DNA from: Lingula anatina
Lineage: Eukaryota > Animalia > Brachiopoda
Direction of reading: 5' to 3'
NCBI GenBank assembly: GCA_051362555.1
Contig: CM120642.1
Location: forward strand, 15,748,001 to 15,812,000
DNA: 64,000 nucleotides
The notes under the pieces are model-generated. The model did no database searches. It had not been told where the DNA came from and worked only from the letters and a program-made list of their open reading frames with translations. A program made the position numbers and the translations under genes. This document shows positions 33,067-46,257 of this stretch, in pieces (the stretch's first letter is position 1; each line of letters starts with the position of its first letter).

Positions 33067-36000
33067 TTATTGGTCACCAGTGCCTAATTTTCCGTTCTGC
33101 TCAGCCCCCATCTTCTTTCGCAGGCGATGATACTCTTGTAGCCTGTAACAGTACATGATCTAATGGTCAGTGAATAGTTTGATAAATTTTATATGTTTTA
33201 AAATCAATCCATTATTATTTTTTTTCTTTGCTAGAACAAATTAGACATGAAGTTAATGACCACTCAGCTTGTCGTAACAATTAATTTATCAAATTACACA
33301 GATGTATAGAGTTTCAGCAAAATGGTCAAAATCATTTGGATACAAGAATATTTTTCTTCAAAATGCATACATGAACATTCTCTTTCCATATAACTTATCA
33401 TTAAAATAATGCCTAAAATTTAAAAAAATCCAGAAAGAGAACTAGAGAGCTGGCCCAGTGGCTGCCAGTGAATGAAATTAATGCAGCAGCTGTTATTTCA
33501 CTCTTGTTGTTACCTAAGAGCATTAACTTTGATGAAGCCTCCAGCATCTATAGGGTCATAGTTGCCCTGGACATCCATGCTAAAATATGACAGAAACACT
33601 TATATAAATATGTATTTTACATGATATTTGGTAAACTTCAACCAATGCTGATAATTTTAAATAGTGACTCAGGGTTCTCTGTCATCAGCTTTATATATAA
33701 TACTTTAGTTAGCCAGTGGATATCATTTGGTTTATTAATGAAATTTTAGATAGATGTGTAAAAAATGAACTTTACGACTATGAATCTCCTCATTTAGGGG
33801 CACCAAATTTAAGCAGAAGCACCTTATTCAATTGCCATGAAAAATACTACCAAGATGTAAAAACTTATAAATAAACACTGTATGTCAACAGTAGCCTCTG
33901 TACCTTACTAATTCCTCATTATAGAGGGAAAGTGGAGATTCGCGTCCTAGAATATAAATGCCCCCTTTGTACAATGCCAGTGTTACTGTCCCCTCCACAC
34001 ACTCCTGACTCTTGTCTATACAGTGGCGGACAAATTCACACTCAGGGCTGTCCCAGAAGCCTGCAAAAATATACACCTCACACTTAACGTATACTATTCA
34101 CAATGATGGATAGTTACATTGTTGCAATATGATTGTAAAAACTAAAGGTACACTTATAGCTGGATTCAATCTGAACAATATGAACTACTTGGCCAAATCC
34201 ATTAATCAAATTCAAAAAGAAAATAATGCTATACAATACTTTGAACCTTACCTCTATACACCATATCTGAAAATTTGCTGCTTAGACTCTGTTTGATTTT
34301 TCGCAATTCCTGAAAATACAAAAATCAAAGTACATCATCTTCTGATTATAGTCCACACAGTAACAATTATTTTGTAGATAAATAGGTATAACATAAATTA
34401 TTCACAAAATTCATTATTTGTGGGATAAAGTGGGCCTTGTTCAACAGCTAATAATGCTCAACCTTTATTCCCCGAATGAACTGCATGGTCAGCACAAATG
34501 CCACAATTAAAGCACCAAACATTATGAAAATCATCAGAATTCAACCAAGATTTTTGAATCCGAGTCATCCGACATCCTGCACAGGATACGAGAGACTATC
34601 AACATCAGCCGTCACCAGTCACCCATGAATAGAGACACAGGGGGTGGAATGACATTATAAGAGGGTCCTGGCCGCTATACCACCTAGCGGTCAGTGAGTG
34701 TCAACATCTCCTCAATATTTGGCACAGGAGCCATGATCTACTGACTCTAAAAATAAATAAATGATAAATAATTTGGTATCCCCCCATGTTTACAACTGAA
34801 TATTTTAGAGAAATTTGCCTACCCTGTCCATTGTGAACACCTCAATGTCCATATGGGCTTGGAACAGGATGGTCCCACCTGGGGTCTCATATATCCCTAG
34901 AGAAAATCAATAATATTTTTATAAGACTGGTAATCAATAAACAAGCCGTGCACTAGACTGTATATATGCACAAAGAAAAAAGTGCATTTACAGTTCTGAA
35001 GTACAAAATTAGAAAGAAAAAGAGAAGACTTGGTGATACAAGCACACCTAAAAGATAACAGGTCAGCAATAATTTTGTCTGACTGATTTTTATTATTTCA
35101 TTTTTTGCTAATACTCATATTAAGTATAAAAATTAAAAGCATTAACCGCAGTTGCTGAAAATGTACCACTAACATACCTCGAGATTTCATTCCTATGAAT
35201 CTGTTCTCTACAATATCGATTCTTCCTATGCCATGACTTCCACTGAAAACACAAAAACGTGCTTATAGAACTCCAAAAAGCCTTAAACAATTTAACAAAA
35301 AACACTGTCAGACCTATGGGCAATATTTTCCATGGGAACTGAAATATATCATTTCAAATAAGCTCCTTAATAGTGCCTGTCAGTAATTTGGAAGAAGACC
35401 AAGTATCGGATTTTTATGTGAAGAGTTTTTTGAAAGTCCAATCAGTAGTTTATTCTTCTCTATAGAAAACCAGTCAAAAAGGTTAAGGAAATGTTTTTAT
35501 TATCCACAAAATTGACCTAGATACTTTTTAACAGAAAATATTTATATAAGTGTTCATGACAATATTCTATCACAGTTGACTATATTTCAGTTGCTCCTTC
35601 ACCAAGGAAACCCATGCAATCATAAAGGTTAAGAAAACTAAAAAAAGAGACAAGTGACATACAGTTTGTACAAACAGAAAAAGTATATTTAGTGTATGCA
35701 CTGACTGCCATAGTCTATCACTCTTTCCAGACTTAACTGAGCAGCATAAAGTTATTTTAATACTGACAATCAATTCTCTGTCAAAGTAGTTTAGTTAAAT
35801 ACACTCAGGAGATCACTCTTAAGTACAAACATGTATTATATGCCCTAATGACAATAACATGACTAGAATTCAATGAAGTAAAATAACTGATATCCATCAG
35901 TGTTTATCTACTACATGATTAAGTTTTACATACCCTACTTTGTTGAGATAAAGATATAATTCCAAGGCAGATGTAACCACTGTTCCATCCTCCAAGTTCT

Positions 36001-39000
36001 TCACTTTCACAGGCACACCTGTAATGGAGAAAATTTTTGTCAATATCAATAAATAAACAAAGAGGAAGTAAGGCAACTATTTAGTAATTTGTGCAGTCTG
36101 AAAACTTAGAAGTGTTTGTGAATATAAATCTCTTCAGAAGTATTTACATATTACTTTAGAATAACCGTGTGCACATTATATTCAAATTAATCAACTTTAG
36201 AGAAGGTTAGATTTGTTAATGATGTCTTGCATGCTTTGATTTTAAATAAAAGAAAATTGTGTTGTGATTAAGAAAAATCAAATTATTTTCAATAGATGCA
36301 TTTGGCCATATTTTACAACCTAACAATAAAAAAATATATATAATTATAAGGGATCAAAAGTTTACACATAATTTTGTGAAAATAATGAGATATTAGGAAA
36401 AAGATGCAATATATTTCTCACTTTTGATTCCTAGATGTGTATCTTTCAATTTAACAATAATTAGGAATGCAACCTTTTGTGCTTTGAAATTTTACCATGT
36501 TTGAAATCAATTTCAAGTCTCAATGGCTGTTCAGGAGCATCTTTAGGGTCCGTTGTCATGAGATACAGGTCTTTTGGAGCTTCAGCTTTTGGATCCTCTA
36601 AAATTCCCGACTCAAAACTAAAATGAGAGGTTAATGACATGATAAGCTGTCTATATTCACTTTTTATTAGTTTACTAAATATACTGACTATTATTTTTTG
36701 GTAGAATATTCAGTTGAAGTAAATATTAAGTCAGATTAATGAAGTCATCAGGTCTGCAAACTTAAAAATATTTCGTTGTGTCTATTTTTTTTTACTTAAA
36801 AATACTTTTTCAATAAATTAATGAAACTTTCAGATTTCTCCTACCAAACTGAAAAATGAATCTTCTGGCAATAAGCTTTTTATTTCTACATTGTATTAAT
36901 CCCTGACTGACTTGCCTGATGTGCATGAGATTAGCATCCATACTCCAAGGAGATTTGGGAGTGACAGGGAGAGGGATATTGTTTTCCTGAAGAAAGATGT
37001 GCTTAGAGATGATCACTCATAGATTCACTATGCAGACTACATATTATCACTTGGTGGTAAATGTAGTAATCAACAATGAAATAAAATGAAATTAAATTTT
37101 AAGACTGGACTACATTCAAAACTTTGAAAAAAATATTAGTAGTTCCTAAAATAAATACCTTGGCAAACTCAAACAGGTCCTGGCGCCCTCTGAATTTCTC
37201 ATAGAACTCTGGCATTCTCCAAGGAGCAATTACCTGGAATAGAAATTTTAACAAAATTATTTTATTAGTACCAGTAATTTGTTATCATCTCTTGGGGCCT
37301 GTTTTTCAGTCTTGAAAGACTGGCATGTACCAGTAAGACTGTTAGTAAGTTTTAGTTACATATAACTGAATGATCACTTAAACGGGCAGTACGACAGAGC
37401 ATAGTGCTCTGTAACTTAGGCTATACTTGTTTATAGTCATATACTGATTTCCTACTTATCATTGTTTGATAAGATTGACTTTAAATTGTTTACACATGTT
37501 CATGAAGCACATATCTGAATGGTTACATATGACAATATTTATTAAGTAAAATTAATGTCTATATGTAATAATTAATGTTTTCTTAACATACCTTAACCTG
37601 TGGGTAGAGAGCATAGCAGGAAAGTTCAAAGCGTATCTGGTCATTGCCTTTGCCAGTTGCACCATGGGCTATGTACCCAGCCCCTTCCTCCTTACACACC
37701 TTCACCATACCTCTGGTATTATAACAACATAGAGACGTATATTAAATAATCGCAAAGCATTTTGATTACTACATACAAGCTCAATTTCAATATTTGTGTG
37801 AAATGGAAAAGCCTTGTTCAAATTGAAAGTAAAATCTCATTCACAAACTATGCTTAGTACTGAAATTATCATTTTATTTAGTTTACTTTATTTTGTATAT
37901 TAGTTTTTGGATATTACAGATTTGTTAAAACAAATGAATAACAAGAAAACATGACAAAGCTAAAAATTATGAATCATTACTTTGCCATCATAATCATCTA
38001 AAAATATGAATTTTAAGAAAAATATGTTATAGTTTCTACCTGGCAATACAAGGTCTGGCAAAGCTTGTGCCCATAAGGTAACGATCTTCATACACAGCGT
38101 TTGCCTGAACTCCTGGCCAGATAAACTCCTCCACAAACTCCCTACGGACATCCAAGCAAACAAACTGGAATATAAAACATGTATTGTACGTGTATTAGAG
38201 AAAACACTTTGACAACTGCAATTTACTTCACAAATTTATTCATTACTCTGTCAGCTAAAGCAATGTAAAAATGTTTACATAAATCCATATACCTGTACAC
38301 GATTTTTGACCCGTTTTAATTGGAACATATATATGTCTAACAAACAAACAAACAGACAAACAAACAAAAATAATGATGTCTTCTCAGTAGCAGGGTTTTT
38401 CCCAGAACTTGGGGTACAGGGAATCCAAAATGTGAATCTGTAATTTGGTCATCAATTTACAAGGAGTCTAACCAAAACAAGCCCAACCAAAAAAACCAAC
38501 ATTTCCCCAAAATTGTCTTAATTTGAAAGTACAGGTAATTGTCTTTTGAGGGTTAAAGGCTGCAAAATAATGGCTGGACAGATCTCTATGAAAGGCCTTG
38601 CTTGAAACAAAAAGAGCCCTCACCTTTTTGGCCCCAAGCATCATTGCTTTCTTCTCAGCTGCCTCAAAATCTTCATCCTGTCCAACATTAGCCTGTAATA
38701 CACCAATGCAAAGACCTCACTGTATTTGCATCTTAACATTTTGTATTTATTCTACTTGCACAGGAAGAGCACTCCATGGCTATACTTCCTATATGTTATT
38801 TGACAGACCTGCTTTTTTTGTCATATGTTAGAAATATCATTTAAATCAACTGAACTCAATTATTGTGTAAAAGACAGCTGCTGTAGAAGTGTGGTGTTAC
38901 ATATATACAGACAATTAAGTGCCCATATGCCCACATGGGAGTTCAGTATCCTCTGTTGAAGGTGACACATGTATGGCCACCGTGACAACTATGATATGTA

Positions 39001-39122
39001 ATTATAAATGAACTAACCATATAGGTAACCACTTCAAATCCTCTTTGTTTCAGCCATACTAATATACAGGATGTATCCAATCCACCACTGTAGGCTAGCA
39101 CCACAATCTTGTTCTCTGACAT
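33067..39122 (-). CDS. ASS1: Argininosuccinate synthase, 14 coding exons
   Basis: Exons 39122-39018, 38692-38624, 38164-38040, 37712-37592, 37233-37159, 36986-36916, 36617-36496, 36018-35934, 35242-35178, 34896-34823, 34309-34252, 34060-33904, 33579-33514, 33142-33067. Motifs [38 protein letters not shown] and [24 protein letters not shown]. One GC-AG intron. Confidence 0.97.
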
Positions 39123-39409
39123 CTCTGAAGAAATTGTCCTTAGAAAAGTGATTGATCTGAAAGAAAAAGGGGAAAAAAGGCATGAACTGACAAACTTTTA
39201 CTTTTTGTCTATTATTGCAAACAAAGTAAAGTCCCTTCAGTTCAATAAATTGGTGATTTTCGTTGATATTTGACAGTGTACAAAAAGACCTATCATGCAG
39301 GCGTAATGCTTACATGACCATATTTCATATCAGCCATTTAATTTTTGCCAATTCAATGATAGACTGTTAAGAAAAACGGGGAGAAATATTGAACCTACAT
39401 TTCACATTA

Positions 39410-40376
39410 GGCCACACTTTTTTATTTTTATGGATGACATCCTCTGGGTACCCCAAAATCGGTGCGAGAGGGCAAAAAAAAAAAAAAAAAGTCCAAAAAA
39501 AAAAATACTGCTTAAGTAAAGGAATATGCTGTCAGTACACAGCTGGAAACACAAATTTTACCACAGAAACACGTATCAAACTAACAATGTGTCTTTATCC
39601 ATGCTCTCAAAATATTAAAGCATTGTGAATGCTTCATAGAAATGTAAAGTCATGAATAGATATACTTCATATTACCAAATCTATTTAGGCCCTAAGGTTA
39701 TTTCATGCATTTAGTTGGTATAGCAATCAATAAAACAAATATCAATCAAACAGCGTGTCTTTATTTGTATTCTCAGAATATTAAAGCATTTTGAACACTT
39801 CACAGAAATGTTTAAAAAATGATGCAAAGATATGCTTAATACTACCAAATCTATTAAAGGTCATTTCGGACGATGCCATTTTGTCTACTTCAACTCACAC
39901 GAAGCAGCCAAACTGTCAGGTGGCCTGTCCGACCTTCAGCCCACCAAATACCTCGACGCCCTTGTCGACCCTTTTTTTCGCTACAGAAAACCTGGTATTA
40001 ATGTGCTGCTTTGTACAGAATGTCACAGAAATTTTTCGGGCGATAATTGCTGGCCGCCGCCAGCCTTTCTCACAATTGTAAAAAGGTGATATCTCCATGC
40101 CCAATATCAATGGCATACCAATCCAAAACGATGGAGCCCGTTCTCTTTATGACTTTTATTGTTGTGTAATTTGAAAGTAATCCTAGAGATGAATTTGACG
40201 GCAAAGCGGCCGCATTGCCATGTGGCGATAATACGCATGCGCAGAAAGCTCATTTCCTGGCAACAACCGACTTCGTTGGGGGCTGGGGGGGGGGTTTTTT
40301 TTTTTTTTTTTTTGGAGAACGGGCGAAAATCGGTGCGCGCGCAGGATGTCATCCATAAAAATAAAAAAGTGTGGCC
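39410..40376. mobile_element. Non-autonomous TIR DNA transposon with TTA target-site duplication (PIF/Harbinger- or Zator-like)
   Basis: Perfect 34-bp TIRs ggccacacttttttatttttatggatgacatcct (39410-39443 / 40343-40376), flanked by TTA at 39407-39409 and 40377-40379. Confidence 0.88.
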
Positions 40377-41921
40377 TTATAGTTATTATCTTCACTTTTG
40401 ATCAATATTATCAAAATTCCAATTTAACCTACATGTAATTCACTGTATTCAGTTGCCAAACTTTATTAATTTTCACCCAGAATACACACTTCTTGATAAC
40501 TTTATAATCTTGATACTTGGAGGCATACCTTTATATATATATATTGAACCGGGCCCATTTTGTCATGGTTAAGACCAATCATGTAAAAAAACAATATGTC
40601 ATCTTTCCAGCTAAATGTAATGCTGTTCTTAATACCTGTCCAACAGGCAATGAAAGAACAACCATTTTACTTAATTAACACAATACAGGATCATTTCCCT
40701 GTTATCAAAGATTCATTCAAAAGCAAGATAATATCAACACTCATAATGAACACAACATCTTTTTTGTTTGTTTGCTTGTTCTTTACCAGTTATGATAAAC
40801 AGCATGAAGTCAAAATACAAATGGAATATGGTATCACCACATGAGCACTAGATGACCTGCTAGATAACCTTGGTTGAACTTCAGACAAAGAGGACCTTAC
40901 GGTCTCACTGTCTGATCGCAGACATTGGAATCTCTTCATGCATAGCACTAACAGGGGATCGAAGGAGGAACAATACCTATACACATATAATTTATAAATG
41001 ACTACAGGTAGATCCTGTCAAAGTCAACCAGTTTGACAAATTAAATACAGAGAATACAGAAATTGTTTTTGGTAATTTATTTTCCTCTATTTTCTTTTCA
41101 GTTGCTTGATTTGAAACTACAAAAATAAAATTAATAAAAAAAAAAAAAAAACTCAGGCAGCAATATGACCTATTTAAGAGTGAGTGTTAAGCCAATAAAT
41201 CTAGAAATTCATTGATTTTCATGACCAAAACATCTTGATTACGCATAGGTAAACATGAATATGTAACAGTATGTTATATGGTCCTATTATTATACATGCT
41301 TTTAACAAAGTTTAAGTTGGCCAGTATGTGTGTATCAAAAGGCTCACCAAACTGGAGCATAATTAAGTAAGTTCAGCAACTGTGCTTTACTTCTTGAGCA
41401 CATTTGGGACAAAAAAGCCAAGGTATGATAATTACCCCGTTCACATATTTTCTATGTGCGAAAAAGATCGAGCTAATATGTCAGGGACATCAATGATTTT
41501 CAAAATACTCTCATCTTGGTATTTCAACCCTCTTGATGTGGGCCTGCTCTCACCTGAACAGGTACACATGTAAAAGATTGTATAAGTGTACATAGAAACA
41601 ATATTCTCCCTATCCAGGTCACACGAAAGGTTTGCTTTCTACACCAATAATATTAATCAAAAACAACAAAACATGGAAAGGGCTTGGAGGGACAGAATCT
41701 TTATCAATGACTGATCCTATTGTCACCCCTTCTTCAGTATACTTACCAGCCTGTACTGTAGCTTGCTTTATATACAGGATGGCCTAATTATTCAGTGAAG
41801 TTTCAATGAATGAATATTATAGAAATAAAAGGCATTTACTAGGCATTAATCCAGTGTAGTGTGAGCTGATATTAAAGTGCACCAGGTCAACTTTAGTCTG
41901 TGCCAAATACTATTAAATAAG

Positions 41922-42172
41922 CAGGGCATCCGGGCCACTAGGGTCTCAGAATTTTCTCACTGGCCCAAACCAAAATTCACTGGACCTAGTCAAATTAAAA
42001 AAAAAAATTAAATTGTCACAATGAGATTAAACAGGCTTCCTTTTATAAGTAAGAACAAAAACATGGGGTTTTCAAAAAATTAGGCCAGTGGATGACTTTT
42101 TTAGAAATTTCACCAGCCTAGTCCAATTTTTACAGGTATTGACATTTGGGCCAGTGGTTAACTTCACAGACT
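41922..42172. mobile_element. Degenerate MITE-like element
   Basis: CAG..CTG ends with internal inverted motifs cactggccca / tgggccagtg and cactgg / ccagtg. No clear TSD. Confidence 0.4.
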
Positions 42173-42900
42173 GCAACTTAAAAAAAATGTTGGTTTCTAG
42201 TGCATGTGCTGAGCCAAATTGTACACAACAAATGTATATATGTATTCTACTGAAAAAAAAAATGAAACTGATCAATATATTCAAAATTATTTTCAAAATT
42301 TTATTTGAAGTTAAAAACAAATTTGAAAAATATGAAGACCAGGGTACTAGGTACTATAGACCTAGGTATAATTTTTATGGCAATTTTTTTTTCAATTCTA
42401 AACAAATTAGGCCACCAGTATTACCTCAGTATGGATATTTCTAACTTCGTTGTTTTGAAATAACACTTGAAAGATCAAAGTCAAAATCTGCTGTTTGTAA
42501 ATCGCCAGACATACCTATTTTGGCAAGACATGCATACCAATTACCCTTGTAAGCAGTTAGACGTATGTTTTATTGACAAATGCAACGCTGTTTTAAAGTA
42601 TCTGAAGCAAGGGGCTGCATAAATAAATAAATACGTTTCAGTGCTAGCTAGCTGTCTACACAAAACGCAGTAACCAAACGTACAGGGTCACTCAAACAAT
42701 AACCCAGTATTCTTCTTCTCTAGCATCAGCATCCGTTTTAAAATATTAATTATTACGCCATTATGAACTAGGCTGATGTGAATAATAACACGTGCAGGGA
42801 TATAACACACTGACATTCCACAGAGATGAATGAACAGTGTAGAAAGTAGCACATAAGTGAGATCAAGCAAAATATGTTAATCAATATATGTACGACTAAC

Positions 42901-43190
42901 CTTAAAGTGTACAACTATACAAGCGCTAGACCACCTTAAAACGTACAGCCGCACGCTTCGAGCTTCTTCAAGGAAATGTGTCCTCTAGCCGGCTGATTGC
43001 ATCAGATATCCCAGTATTGCGTCAGAAATCTTAGGCCGCATACAGCATCGCCGACGTTTAGTTCTCCCACTGTATCCTTACGGAAAAAAAACTAATTCGA
43101 CTGTAGGCCTATTACTGTATCCGATATCCAACCAGTTTAATATCCCATCGATTGCATCAGCTGAATTGCGTCAGAAATCTGAGGTCGTCT
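42901..43190 (-). promoter_or_regulatory. Putative ASS1 non-coding first exon and promoter with four C/EBP-ATF-type elements
   Basis: Donor AAG|GTTAGT at 42901/42900 and acceptor at 39157 before the ATG. CpG-richer segment. TGATGCAAT at 42996-43004 and 43151-43159, TGACGCAAT at 43016-43024 and 43165-43173 (minus strand). Confidence 0.6.
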
Positions 43191-44499
43191 GTGTTTGTTT
43201 TTCCGCAAATAATATAATATAGGCCTACCACGTATGTATACACTTCTTCACGTACTTGTAAGGTGTCACGTACCCTTTTGAGGATTAATGTAGGCCTTAT
43301 GTGTTGTCCTTTTTTTTTTTTTTTTCATAAGAAGTTGTTTTCTTTCCCCTCAGTCAACCTATAATTTCTTAGCACTACATGCCGTGTAAGTAACCTTTTT
43401 GAATGCATGGGATGTAGGTTTTCAACAGCTAGTGGGGTTGAACTTCGAAAATGAAAGTACGTTGAACAGGCAGGCAAGTCCTACCATTTTGTCTCTTTTG
43501 TAAAGATAAGAAATGCCTTAGTTGTGCACTCAAAATGCTAAGTGCACTGATCGGGGAACAACATGTTTAATGGAATTTTTCCTAATTTGGGCATAGTACC
43601 CCCAAACCCAATATAGAGGTGCATTTCATATGCTGAAGTGTTCAAAAAATTAAATTGAATGAATTGAAAGTTGTACTCAATTTTTAAAACAAAAACTCGC
43701 GACCGTTTCAATTTTATTTTAATTTTTGATTTTTACCATGTATTTACATTATGTATTTAGAGTCCTAAATGATAACGTATGTTCCGGTAACGTAGCGTTC
43801 GGGGTCATTTATTTTTTATTTTTATTTATACCGCGTTCCAACATACTTTGCAGTGATTCAGTCACGGTAAATTATACATGACGTAAGGATGTTTTTATAA
43901 ATATTTAAAAGCTGTAACTCAAATAAGGGGCTTTGCGTAGTAGCTAACACTACGTAACGTATGTTCCCCAGAAAAAAATGTCAAAAAGTTTCATTTTGTC
44001 CAAGTTCGTTGTGCAATAGAAAATAGTGTTTTCTGCTGCAGACCGAAAAATATATTGTGATTCCATAATAGTTTGACATTTCTGATATAGTATTTAGACC
44101 ACAAATGGAAAATGGTTTATTTAATGCTTATTTTACTGTCGGTAGGGTGTTTCCCGTTTTTTAAAAATATTCAGTGACAAGGAAACTAACGTCGCTCAAA
44201 AACAATTGACTGCTCTATACAGGTGATTATCATAATTTTTTTACAACTTATACTCGTAGGAGATAAATCAAAGAACAAAGCCAGTGATGATTGAATTTTC
44301 AAAGTGAGTAAAACGTTTCACAGCTGGACGTTTTGCATTTGTAACAGTAACATATGTTCCTTTTTGGAGGCTAGACGAATTTTTTTTTTTTTTTATTATT
44401 CTTCATGGTTCCAGGAGAGTGCACCTCTTTATTGGGTTTGGGTGAGTACACCCTCATTAAGGCCCAGATGCTAAGCCTTTGAATGCCCCGATTTTAGTG

Positions 44500-44629
44500 T
44501 ACCCCCTACCAGGGTGGCAGATTATATAGGGAAAAACGGAAAAATCCACCCCAAAATGACTGTCTGTTTATGTACAAACATATCTGTGAGTATCCGTGAA
44601 AAATCAATCCGTCGCCCTGGTAGAGAGTA
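44500..44629. mobile_element. ~130-bp MITE with TA flanks, inverted relative to the copy at 45336
   Basis: Ends ta-ccccctaccaggg ... ccctggtagagag-ta. The internal catatctgtgagtatccgtgaaaaatcaatc is the near reverse complement of 45356-45387. Confidence 0.7.
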
Positions 44630-45089
44630 TTTTTAGTGTGCATTAAAACACATCGAAACGCTCGATAAAAGAGACAAATGTCCGGGCTGATCTATCAACT
44701 CAACATAATCTTGAATTGGGAAAAGACCTTAAAGCCTGTAGTGAAGACTCTGTTCAGGTACGCTCGGCTGTTACCTTGATCTAGGTCAATCGATTATAAA
44801 TTAAAACACCAATGTTAAAGGTGTAGGCCTACCACACTAAAACATATGGTAGCATTATGCGTTAAAACGGCTTCATATTTCCAAACAAATTTAATAAAAA
44901 TCGCTATATGTATAGTCCTACATGTTACAGGTCTGAGCCATAATATATCTGTACCGGGGCCTACCACAAAGTTGTTTCGTGTACTTTTCAGTGTCAAGGT
45001 GACACCCGAGTTAAGTGCGGCGTTTTACGTGCCCAGCTGCAACATCAAAATGACTGACATTTTGTTTTTCAGATACATAAACTCAGAGC

Positions 45090-45093
<4 letters not shown>

Positions 45094-45122
<29 letters not shown>
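45094..45122. repeat. (GA)n microsatellite
   Basis: Direct reading. Confidence 0.98.
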
Positions 45123-45125
<3 letters not shown>

Positions 45126-45174
45126 ATGCAGATGGGGCATAGAGGGCCGGAAAGTTGCTTGTCGACACGAAAAG

Positions 45175-45319
45175 CAGTGGCGGATAAAAGTTTTTCGGGG
45201 CCCTTGAGCAGGCCCCGAATCCCACACCAAGGGGACGATGGTAGGCTTCGCATTCGCGGCCTGGCGTTCCGGATCCCCCCCCACCCCCACCCCTTCAAAT
45301 AATCTTGGATCCGCCCCTG
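45175..45319. mobile_element. 145-bp GC-rich hAT-like MITE with 6-bp TSD
   Basis: TIRs cagtggcggat / atccgcccctg, flanked by gaaaag at 45169-45174 and 45320-45325. Confidence 0.75.
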
Positions 45320-45335
45320 GAAAAGCAGAAGCTCC

Positions 45336-45471
45336 TACCCTCTGCCAGGGCCACAGATTGATTTTTCACAAGATATTCACAGATATGTCTCTGGTAAAAT
45401 TAACGGTTATTCTCTACACTGCGACAGATAAAAAGTCCACATAATAAAATATGCGGCCCTGGTAGAGGGTA
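45336..45471. mobile_element. ~135-bp MITE with TA flanks
   Basis: Inverted repeat tcctaccctctgccagggcc (45333-45352) / ggccctggtagagggtagga (45455-45474), one mismatch. Confidence 0.75.
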
Positions 45472-46209
45472 GGAAACTTCTAACGGGACAACATCAACGT
45501 CAACGATTGGTCGTCAGCAGCATGATCCTGCTGAAATGTGTTCTTTCTTCTCGATGAAATAGGGTTTCACTGTGTCTTGTATAATGATGTTAGAAAAGGA
45601 AGTCTTTTAAAGAGTTTTAGAAGAACAAAATATCATGCCTCATTATTACTTGGCTCTTTTGAAACTGTTTACTTTTGATTGTTCACTTGTTCATTTTTTA
45701 TTTATATGCTATGGGTAATACTTCTTATGTTTTATTTATTTATATGCTATGGGTAATACTCCATTATATTCAGAAATAAACAGACGAAAACAATAAGTCT
45801 CAAGAAAGTGATTGCTTGTTAAAACGTTTTTCTTACTTATTATCTATTTTCTATTGATTCATTAATGAAGATTTATTAATTTTGTAATCATGTTTTGTAT
45901 AAAGCATATAGAGCGTGAGGAATACTGGTAGATATGTTAATATTGATTGTGTCTTGAAAAATGGCCAAAGGCCAGAGTTTCTTTTCAGTCCACGTTCCGC
46001 GTCATGAACTCCAAGAAAAGCTAGGACCGTAATGTAATCAATTTCCAGGTCTGTGCATCAGATATGCAACTCAATGCCGCATCGATGCTCCACATACATT
46101 GCAGTGCGGAGTGTGTTTGTTGTACCACGACGCAATTAGTATTTTTGCCATATACATCACTAAATGCAATGCGAAGTAGAAACTACGCAAGAATATAAAT
46201 GTCATATAT

Positions 46210-46210
<1 letters not shown>

Positions 46211-46244
<34 letters not shown>

Positions 46245-46257
46245 CGTAACGTAACGT
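46211..46257. repeat. (CA)n followed by (GTAAC)n
   Basis: Direct reading. Confidence 0.97.

Noticed and set aside
34678-34695. CTCF-like motif accacctagcggtc in an ASS1 intron
   Set aside because: A single imperfect match with no supporting evidence.
39791-40401. Overlapping short ORFs inside the TIR element as a transposase
   Set aside because: Short, with no DDE or other recognisable motif; at most a decayed remnant.
41747-41830. Strong minus-strand donor CTG|GTAAGT as another ASS1 5' UTR exon
   Set aside because: Plausible, but no acceptor or TSS could be fixed from sequence alone.
43760-44380. Repeated taac(g/a)tatgttcc motifs and a terminus-like ggaggctagacgaat
   Set aside because: Probably a truncated DNA transposon, but no partner TIR or TSD was found, so boundaries cannot be supported.
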